The translations under genes and the position numbers were made by a program. The notes under the pieces were generated by a model. It did no database searches. It saw only the letters and a program-made list of their open reading frames with translations, and was not told the origin of the DNA. Source: Candidatus Woesearchaeota archaeon (GTDB lineage: Archaea > Nanobdellota > Nanobdellia > SCGC-AAA011-G17 > JACPIM01). Taken from it: a stretch of DNA of 40,860 nt. Shown piece by piece: positions 33,796 to 40,860 of this stretch (within the stretch, counting starts at the first letter, position 1; each line of letters starts with the position of its first letter). Location: contig CBFDDQ010000001.1 of the NCBI GenBank assembly GCA_965603615.1, positions 1-40,860 on the forward strand, written 5' to 3'.

Positions 33796-35997
33796 ATGAC
33801 ACAATTAATTATTTCAGAAAAACCTACTGCAGCGCAAAAAATAGCTGCAGCACTAGCAGATAAAAAACCAAAAAAAATCTTAGTAAATAAAGTTCCATAT
33901 TACGAATTAGAACATAAAGGAAAAAAAATTATTGTAGCTTGTGCAGTGGGTCATCTTTACGGGTTAAAACAAGAAACAGGAAAAAAATCTGAATATCCAG
34001 TTTTTAACATTGATTGGTATCCAGCTTCAGAATTTAGAAAAAGTGCAGCTTTTACAAAAAAATATCTTACAATTATTAAAAAATTAGCTAAAGAAGCAGA
34101 TGAATTTATTGTAGCAACAGATTATGATATAGAGGGGGAAGTTATTGGTTTAAACATAATAAAATATGCTTGTAAACAAAAAGATGCACAAAGAATGAAG
34201 TTCTCCACTTTAACAAAAAATGATTTAATTAAATCTTATGAAGAAAGAACTAAACATATTGATTGGCCTCAAGCAAATGCCGGCGAAGCAAGACATAAAA
34301 TGGATTGGTTTTTTGGAATAAACCTATCAAGAGCTCTAACAACTGCAATTAAAGAAACAGGATCATTTAAACTTATGTCTACAGGAAGAGTTCAAGGACC
34401 AGCATTAAAATTAATTGTGGACAAAGAAAAAGAAATTAAAAAATTCAAGCCAGATCCTTACTGGGAAATCCAATTAACAGGAAAAATAAACAAAGGAAAC
34501 ATTATAACTTATCATAAATTAGGAAAAATATTCGAAAAAAAGAAAGCTAGTAATATTTTTAACAAATGTAAAAAAGAAAAAAAAGCAGAAGTACTAAAAG
34601 TTGAGAAAAAACAATTTAAATCTTATCCACCTATACCTTTTGATTTAACTTCTTTACAAATTGAAGCTTACAAATGTATTAATTTTTCACCGAGAATTAC
34701 CCTTTCAGTTGCACAAAAGCTTTATACAAGAGGATATATATCATACCCAAGAACTTCTTCACAGCCATTACCCCAAAGTATTGGTTATAAAAAAATAATT
34801 ACTTCTTTATGAAGATTATACCCAAGAGAAGCAAATTTTTTACTAAAAAAACCAATACTAAAACCAACTTATGGTAGAAAAACAGATCCAGCACACCCTG
34901 CAATATATCCTACAGGAATTATACCAAAATTCAAGAATACTTATGAAAAGAAACTTTATGATTTAATTGCAAGGAGATTCTTGGCTGTATTTGGAGAACC
35001 TGCTTTAAGAAAAACTATAATAGTAACTTTAGATTGTAAAAAAGAAAATTTTATTGCAAAAGGAACAACTACTATTAAGCAAGGTTGGTTTGAACTTTAT
35101 GGCAGACATGTAAAACTAAAAGAAGAAGAACTTCCAAAAATTAAAGAAGGAGATATTTGTCAAATTAAAAAACTTGAAAAATTAAATAAAGAAACCTCCC
35201 CACCAAAAAGATATACAGAATCTTCTCTGATTAAAGCCCTAGAAAAAGAAAACCTGGGAACAAAAGCTACAAGATCCCAGATAATAGAAACTTTATACAA
35301 TAGAGGGTTTATTGATGAAAAAGCAATACAAGCAACAGAGCTTGGTATAAGAACAGAGGAAACTTTAGAAAAATATTCTCCTAAAATAGTAGAATCTGCT
35401 TTAACAAGACACTTTGAAGAATCAATGGAAAAAATAAGGAGTGGTAAAGAAAAATCAGAAAAAGTATTAAAAGAATCTAAAGAAACAATAATTGAAATCA
35501 CAAAACAATTTAACAAGCATTTAAAGCAAATAGGTAAAGAACTTCTTGCAGCTCATAAAGAAACAAGAAATGTTATGACTTTCGTTGGCCAGTGCCCTAA
35601 TTGTAAAAAAGGAGAGTTGCATATAAGAAGAGGAAAATTTGGTAATTTCATTTCATGTAATAAATATCCTGATTGTAAAACTATATTTTCTGTTCCACAA
35701 GTTATTGTTAAACCAACCAAGGAAATATGTGAAACTTGCAAACATCATAAAGTTAAAATTATTAAAAAAAGAAGAGCACCGCAGATAATTTGTATAAATT
35801 CCAAATGTCCAGAAAAATTAAAAAATTATACAAAAAAACAAAGAAAAGAATTAGAAGATATAGAACAAGGAAAAAAAGAAAAAAAATGTCCTAAATGTGA
35901 TTCTCCTTTAAAATTAAGAAAATCTATTTATGGTGCATTCTTAGGTTGTAGTAATTACCCAAAATGCAGATATATAGAAAAAATTAAGCAGAAATAA
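33796..35997 (+). CDS. topA: DNA topoisomerase IA, interrupted by a single in-frame TGA at 34810..34812
   Basis: Toprim motifs LIISEKP and ATDYDIEGE. Active-site Tyr in GYISYPRTSS. After the TGA the same frame continues with the conserved DPAHPAIYPT and LYDLIARRF. The C-terminal topo-I Zn ribbons are CPNCKKG...CNKYPDCK and CPKCDS...CSNYPKCR. Confidence 0.85.
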
Positions 35998-36610
35998 CAC
36001 CACAATCAATAATCTCAAAATTAAATTCTTTATTTTCAGGTTTTATTAATTTTAATCTCCTTGGTTCTTTTTCCAATTCAATCATTCTCCTGCTAAAATT
36101 TTGCAGTATTTTGCCACCTAAAAAATTAACCTTGTCTTCATCAAATTTGTTATACACCTGGCTTGTTATCATAACATGCACACCTTTTCTTATTAATCTA
36201 GTTAAAATTTTCATTTGCTCTATTAATTTGTTATTTGTCTCTTCAGCATTTCTATGTATTTCTTTTCTGTAAAAATTAGTCATACTATCAACCACAACTA
36301 AATCTATATTAGAAAATTTATCTAAATTCTCAAATTTCCTGCACTGATCATTAAAATCATTCACCTTTATTAATAAAATCTTGTCTAATATACTAATATA
36401 ATTCCACCCGGCAATCTGGCTTACCCTGTCTACATTAAATCCATTCTCACTATCTATAAATACCACTTTTTTATTATTCTTAGCTAATTCTATAGCAGCT
36501 AATAAACAAAGAGTAGTTTTTCCACTAGCTGCAGGACCATAAAAACAAGTTATTTCTTTATTATATCCTTGCAAAAATTTATCTAAATCTTTAGAGCCTG
36601 TTTTAATCAT
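35984..36610 (-). CDS. radB: RadB/KaiC-like RecA-superfamily ATPase
   Basis: 208 aa. Walker A is FYGPAASGKTT and Walker B is DLVVVDSMT. The size and absence of an N-terminal HhH domain fit RadB rather than RadA. Confidence 0.75.
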   Translation of the reverse strand: MIKTGSKDLDKFLQGYNKEITCFYGPAASGKTTLCLLAAIELAKNNKKVVFIDSENGFNVDRVSQIAGWNYISILDKILLIKVNDFNDQCRKFENLDKFSNIDLVVVDSMTNFYRKEIHRNAEETNNKLIEQMKILTRLIRKGVHVMITSQVYNKFDEDKVNFLGGKILQNFSRRMIELEKEPRRLKLIKPENKEFNFEIIDCGVISA

Positions 36611-36702
36611 ATTACTTCATATTTTCAGTAGATATTTAAGGATTTATATAAAAAAACCATAACATTTATATACCCCCTGTATACACAGAATGTATACACA
36701 AA

Positions 36703-37065
36703 ATGACAGATATATTTGAAAACACAATAATATGTAATGATTGTAATAAAAAAACAAAGAAAGCTATGGTTATAAAAGATGGTCATAAGATTAGATATTG
36801 GCATTGTAATAAATGCAATAAAAAATGGATACATCCAACAGACGAGCAAAAATACAGAGATTTTCAAAAAATTAAAAATAAACAATTTAGTGTAAAACTA
36901 AGATTAGTAGGAAACAGCTATGCTGTATCTATACCAAGAGAGATTATAGATTTCCAAAATGAATTTAACAAAATAAACAGGCAAATGAACCAGATGATAT
37001 CTCTATGTTTAGAAGAACCAGAAAAATTATCTCTTTTCTTTAAGAAAAGACTTATAAGGAACTAA
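36703..37065 (+). CDS. Zinc-ribbon plus AbrB/SpoVT-like domain protein
   Basis: 120 aa. The Cys4 ribbon is CNDCNKK...HCNKCNKKW. VKLRLVGNSYAVSIPREIIDF is an AbrB-like swapped hairpin. The gene ends 3 nt before cdc48. Confidence 0.6.
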   Translation: MTDIFENTIICNDCNKKTKKAMVIKDGHKIRYWHCNKCNKKWIHPTDEQKYRDFQKIKNKQFSVKLRLVGNSYAVSIPREIIDFQNEFNKINRQMNQMISLCLEEPEKLSLFFKKRLIRN

Positions 37066-37068
37066 AAA

Positions 37069-39357
37069 ATGAAAAAACAAGAAATGATTAAACTAAAAGT
37101 GCAGGAAGCTTTGCAGGAAGAAGCTTACAAAGGTATAATTAGAATAGATTCTCAAACCATGCGTTCTTTAAATGTCAGGCCAGGAGATATAATTGAAATT
37201 GAAGGTTCAAGAACAACTGTTGGTATAGTAGACAGAGCTTACCCAACAGATATAGGCCAGTCTATAATCAGAATGGATGGTATTTTAAGAAAAAATGCTA
37301 AAACAGGTATAGGAGAAATAGTCAGAGTAAAAAAAAGCGAAATTAAAGAAGCAAAATCAATTACAGTAGCACCAGCGCAAAAAGGTGTTATGGTGCAGGC
37401 AGACCCTTATGTATTCAAAAAAAATCTTTTAGGCAGAGCAGTTATAAAAGGAGATTTAGTAGCTTTAGGTGGTACAAGATCAAGAAGAAGAACTATGATG
37501 GGTTCTCCATTTGAAGATATTTTTAGTGGTGATTTTTTTGGCTCAGGATTTATGGGCGGATTTGGTATTAGTAATTTAAAATTTATGATAGTTGAAGCAA
37601 TCCCAAAACAATCTGTAATTATAACAGAAGAAACAGAAGTGAAAGTTAGTCCAAAAGCAGTTGAAGTTTCTGAAGAACAACATTTACCTGATGTAACTTA
37701 TGAAGATATAGGTGGTTTACAGGAAGAAATTACAAAAATAAGAGAAATGGTGGAACTGCCATTAAAACATCCAGAAATATTTGAAAGGCTTGGAGTTGAA
37801 CCACCAAAAGGAGTTCTTTTGCACGGACCTCCAGGAACAGGTAAAACACTTTTAGCTAAAGCAGTAGCAAATGAATCAGAAGCTAATTTTTTATTAGTAA
37901 ATGGCCCGGAATTAACATCAAAATTTTATGGAGATAGTGAAAAAAGAATTAGGGATTTATTTGAAGAAGCAGAAAAAAATTCACCATCAATTATATTTAT
38001 AGATGAAATAGATTCTATAGCTCCAAAAAGAGAAGAAACATATGGTGAAGTTGAAAGAAGAATGGTAGCTCAACTATTAGCAACAATGGATGGTATGAAA
38101 TCAAGAGGAAAAGTTATAGTTATAGGTGCAACAAACAGGCCAAATGCATTAGACCCTGCATTAAGAAGACCAGGAAGATTTGACAGGGAAGTTAATATAG
38201 GTGTTCCATCAAAAGAAGGAAGACTAAATGTTTTAAAGATTCACACAAGAAACATGCCTCTTGGAAAAGATGTTGATTTAAAAAAATTAGCAGATATTAC
38301 ACATGGTTTTGTAGGTGCAGACCTTTCAGCATTATGTAAAGAAGCAGCTATGTATGTTCTAAGAAGATTATGGCCTCAAATTGAATTTAAAAAAGATGAA
38401 TCAATACCAAAAGAAATGTTGGAAAAATTAAGAGTTACAAATGAAGATTTTAAAGCAGCTCTGAAACTAGTAAGACCAAGTGCAATGAGAGAAGTATTAA
38501 TAGAAACACCAAATGTTAAATGGGAAGATATTGCTGGTCTAGATGATATTAAACAAAAATTAAAAGAAGCAGTTGAATGGCCTTTAAAATTTCCTCATAT
38601 GTTTGATAAAATTGGTATAAGACCTCCAAGAGGTATATTATTATATGGTCCTCCAGGAACAGGTAAAACACTTTTAGCTAAAGCAGTAGCAAATGAATCA
38701 GAATCTAATTTCATTTCAGTAAAAGGTCCTGAATTAATTTCAAAATGGGTTGGAGATTCAGAAAAAGGAATAAGAAAAATATTTGAAAAAGCAAGGCAGA
38801 CAGCACCAACCATAATATTCTTTGATGAAATAGATTCAATAGCAGGAAGAAGAGATATGGGAGATGGTTCAAAGGCAACTGAGCGTGTAGTAAATCAATT
38901 GCTGACAGAAATGGATGGATTGGAAGAATTGCATGATGTAGTAATTATTGCAGCTTCTAACAGGCCTGATTTAATTGATCCTTCATTATTAAGACCAGGA
39001 AGATTTGATAGAGTTATATCAACAACTATACCTAAATTAGAAACAAGAAAACAAATATTTGAAATTCACACAAAAGATATGCCTCTGGCTAAAGATGTTG
39101 ATTTAAAAAAATTAGCAGAATTATCAACAGGATATGTTGGAGCAGACATAGAAGGTATTTGCAGGGAAGCTGGTATGATTGCTCTAAGAGAAAACATGGA
39201 AACAGACCAAGTAGGGTTAAAACATTTCAAAGAAGCTATAGAAAAAATAACACCTTCTTTAAGCCAGCATGATCTTAAAAAGTACAAAGAAGTTGAAGCT
39301 GAACTATCAGAGAGAGCTAAAGCAATAGTTACAGAAAAACCTGGTTATTTAGGTTAA
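37069..39357 (+). CDS. cdc48: CDC48/VCP-type AAA+ ATPase
   Basis: 762 aa. N-terminal double-psi barrel ([13 protein letters not shown]). Two AAA modules, each with [15 protein letters not shown] and IIF(I/F)DEIDS. The C-terminal tail is ...PGYLG. Confidence 0.95.
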   Translation: MKKQEMIKLKVQEALQEEAYKGIIRIDSQTMRSLNVRPGDIIEIEGSRTTVGIVDRAYPTDIGQSIIRMDGILRKNAKTGIGEIVRVKKSEIKEAKSITVAPAQKGVMVQADPYVFKKNLLGRAVIKGDLVALGGTRSRRRTMMGSPFEDIFSGDFFGSGFMGGFGISNLKFMIVEAIPKQSVIITEETEVKVSPKAVEVSEEQHLPDVTYEDIGGLQEEITKIREMVELPLKHPEIFERLGVEPPKGVLLHGPPGTGKTLLAKAVANESEANFLLVNGPELTSKFYGDSEKRIRDLFEEAEKNSPSIIFIDEIDSIAPKREETYGEVERRMVAQLLATMDGMKSRGKVIVIGATNRPNALDPALRRPGRFDREVNIGVPSKEGRLNVLKIHTRNMPLGKDVDLKKLADITHGFVGADLSALCKEAAMYVLRRLWPQIEFKKDESIPKEMLEKLRVTNEDFKAALKLVRPSAMREVLIETPNVKWEDIAGLDDIKQKLKEAVEWPLKFPHMFDKIGIRPPRGILLYGPPGTGKTLLAKAVANESESNFISVKGPELISKWVGDSEKGIRKIFEKARQTAPTIIFFDEIDSIAGRRDMGDGSKATERVVNQLLTEMDGLEELHDVVIIAASNRPDLIDPSLLRPGRFDRVISTTIPKLETRKQIFEIHTKDMPLAKDVDLKKLAELSTGYVGADIEGICREAGMIALRENMETDQVGLKHFKEAIEKITPSLSQHDLKKYKEVEAELSERAKAIVTEKPGYLG

Positions 39358-40218
39358 AACTTTTCCGCCAACAATCAAGCTATGTTCTGCTTGGCTTACA
39401 AAACCTTTAGAAATCTCAGGCAATTGTTTAAATTGTTTTATTATTTCATCCCGCTCTAATAATTTCAATCCAAACTTAGCTTTCAATCCAAATTTTTTAA
39501 TTAACCATCTGGAGCAAAAAGGCAGCTCTTTATATTCCTCAGCTGCAAACTTTAAAATATCTCTTGCTATTCTGTTTCTTGTATTTTTCAGGTTAATAAT
39601 TTCATAAACTTCAGAATCTTTTCCTTCTTTCACCTTCCCCTCACCTGTAGTTGAAAATGGTTCTATAGCAATTTTCATTCCTTCTTCTAATTCTGTTTCA
39701 TCACCATTATCATGATTAGGAATAGTTATTCCAGAATGAACTTCATACAAACCAATACCATGCCCTGATAAATTTTTAATTGGAGAAAAACCATAACTTT
39801 GTATTACCTCTTGTATTTTCTTTCCAATTTCACCAACCTTTACACTAGGCTTTGCTAATTTTATTGCTTCTTCCAAAGCTTTTTCACTTGCTTCAATTAA
39901 TTTTTTATGTTCATCACTTAGTCCAACAGTCACAGCAGTGTCAGTCACAGCTCCATTTACATGCACTCCAATATCCAGCTTAACTAAATCACCTTTCTCT
40001 ATTTTTCTTTCATCATTATATACAGGGCAGTCATGTGCAGCCATACTATTCACAGAAACATCAACAGGAAATCCAGGCTTGCCTCCAAGTTCAATTATCT
40101 TAGCTTCAATCTTGTCAGCTATATCTATAAATTTCACACCATCTCTTACTAAACCTTTACCATATTCCCTTGCTTTCTTTGCAATTTCACCTGATTTTAT
40201 AAAATCTTCATCACTCAT
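39349..40218 (-). CDS. map: Methionine aminopeptidase, type 2 (archaeal)
   Basis: Metal-ligand context AAHD, KLDIGVHVNG, GHGIG, IAIEPF and AEHS. I place the start at MSDEDFIKSGEIA (ATG 40216..40218), 1 nt downstream of the HD-gene stop. The track's longer start at 40293 would overlap that gene by 74 nt. Confidence 0.85.
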   Translation of the reverse strand: MSDEDFIKSGEIAKKAREYGKGLVRDGVKFIDIADKIEAKIIELGGKPGFPVDVSVNSMAAHDCPVYNDERKIEKGDLVKLDIGVHVNGAVTDTAVTVGLSDEHKKLIEASEKALEEAIKLAKPSVKVGEIGKKIQEVIQSYGFSPIKNLSGHGIGLYEVHSGITIPNHDNGDETELEEGMKIAIEPFSTTGEGKVKEGKDSEVYEIINLKNTRNRIARDILKFAAEEYKELPFCSRWLIKKFGLKAKFGLKLLERDEIIKQFKQLPEISKGFVSQAEHSLIVGGKVLT

Positions 40219-40219
40219 T

Positions 40220-40860
40220 TCAAAACTCACCATTCCATTCTTTAATAAATCTATCAACAAATTCTTTTGTAAATGCATATCTTTCTTTAGCAATTTCTCT
40301 TGCTTCTTTTGTATGAAATGTTTCAGGTTTAATTTTTAAAATTTTTTCATAAAAATGATTTATTGATGTATCAGATAAAGTATTATGTTTATATTCTTTA
40401 ATTTTTATTTTAGGATTAAACATAGGTCTATCAAGTCTTGCACCAAAATCAAAAATCCTTGCTATAGTTATTGCCCCTAAAGCATCTAATCTATCTGCAT
40501 CTTGAATAATTTCAGCTTCCTTAGTTTTTGGTTTTATTCCTTTACTATATCTGTGAACTTTGATAGCATAACAAATATTCTTTATTTTTTCTTTAGGAAA
40601 CTTCATGTCTTTCAGAATATTTTTAGCTATCTCTGCTCCACCTTCAGCATGACATTCTACTTCTTTTTTATTTTGTTTTCTTCTTGCAATATCATGTAAT
40701 AAAGCAGAAGCTTTTAAAATGTCTATATCTACTTTTTCAGTTTTAGCTATTTTAATACAAAGGTTATAAACTCTCTGGGTATGTTCAAAAGAATGGCTAC
40801 CAGTTTTATCAAAAAAAGATTGTATTTTCTCTTTTAATTTTTCAAAAAATTTATCATTCA
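40220..40860 (-). CDS. HD-domain phosphohydrolase (5' end beyond window)
   Basis: The reading frame stays open upstream of the track's Met at 40606 to the window edge. My translation is ...SHSFEHTQRVYNLCIKIA...ASALLHDIARRK...ECHAEGGAEIA...IIQDADRLDALGA, which is the H...HD...D signature. Confidence 0.8.
   Translation of the reverse strand, partial: NDKFFEKLKEKIQSFFDKTGSHSFEHTQRVYNLCIKIAKTEKVDIDILKASALLHDIARRKQNKKEVECHAEGGAEIAKNILKDMKFPKEKIKNICYAIKVHRYSKGIKPKTKEAEIIQDADRLDALGAITIARIFDFGARLDRPMFNPKIKIKEYKHNTLSDTSINHFYEKILKIKPETFHTKEAREIAKERYAFTKEFVDRFIKEWNGEF

Noticed and set aside
34810-34812. Selenocysteine at the topA TGA.
   Set aside because: Topoisomerase IA has no known selenoprotein form. 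The position is not a catalytic Cys-type site. I saw no obvious SECIS-like stem-loop downstream of the gene.
34813-35997. topA as a genuine two-polypeptide split gene, in the manner of split genes in Nanoarchaeum.
   Set aside because: There is no in-frame ATG, GTG or TTG between the TGA and 34981, and no ribosome-binding site. Starting at 34981 would delete the conserved DPAHPAIYPT segment. A split gene therefore seems less likely than a read-through, an error or a pseudogene.
39349-39357. The 9-nt convergent overlap of cdc48 and map, and the other short gene overlaps, as possible regulatory features.
   Set aside because: These fit the generally compact gene packing seen across the whole window, and no additional structure was evident.
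1-40860. Genome-wide reassignment of TGA to a sense codon, as an explanation for the topA stop.
   Set aside because: All the large conserved genes (polD2 at 1142 aa, cdc48, lonB, the RM enzyme, serS) are unbroken under the standard code. TGA also terminates several ORFs at sensible ends, for example at 867..869, 1118..1120, 11238..11240 and 40220..40222.
1-40860. CRISPR arrays, rRNA genes, or further tRNA genes.
   Set aside because: No regularly spaced direct repeats with unique spacers were seen. There are no long GC-enriched structured non-coding stretches. The other GC-rich islands (7840..7880, 8033..8075, 26029..26077, 27632..27659) do not fold into a cloverleaf.

Overview
This window is very AT-rich and densely packed, and it looks archaeal. 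The markers are the two PolD subunits, Orc1/Cdc6, membrane LonB, Cdc48, RadB, XerA, a PAC2 chaperone and BHB-type tRNA introns. The small genes and many cysteine-rich surface proteins suggest a DPANN-like lineage, but that is inference.

The window splits into two parts.

(1) Positions 1 to about 13.56 kb are an accessory island.
- It starts with a GIY-YIG nuclease plus AbrB-like pair.
- A four-gene minus-strand cassette follows: small wHTH, fused R-M-S type IIG-like restriction-modification enzyme, PD-(D/E)xK nuclease, and an unknown 204-aa protein. Palindromic operator-like repeats lie upstream of it.
- Next is a bacterial-looking membrane cluster: YidD-like, Zn-ribbon, DUF4234-like and DUF4352-like.
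- The island ends in a plasmid/provirus-like module with two RHH proteins, a DUF6876-like protein, a P-loop ATPase, an XRE regulator and a 449-aa tyrosine integrase. The integrase abuts a 5'-truncated TctA/DUF112 transporter gene.

(2) Positions 13.6 to 40.9 kb are core chromosome.
- An orc1/cdc6-polD1-polD2-nudix operon sits beside an AT-rich intergenic region with ORB-like repeats, which is a candidate oriC.
- Other core genes are lonB, serS, topA, radB, cdc48 and map.
- An xerA-HNH pair lies next to a dif-like site and is framed by a 24-bp repeat family.

The most notable individual observations:
- The composite RM/nuclease cassette is my best candidate for an undescribed defence system.
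- A tRNA-Lys(CUU) appears to carry two introns, one with a textbook hBHBh' motif at position 30/31.
- A single in-frame TGA interrupts an otherwise intact topA.
- The xerA region combines a dif-like site with the repeat family.
- A perfect 22-bp GC-rich palindrome lies upstream of a wHTH gene.

No CRISPR array and no rRNA were seen. All family assignments are motif recognition by eye; no searches were run.
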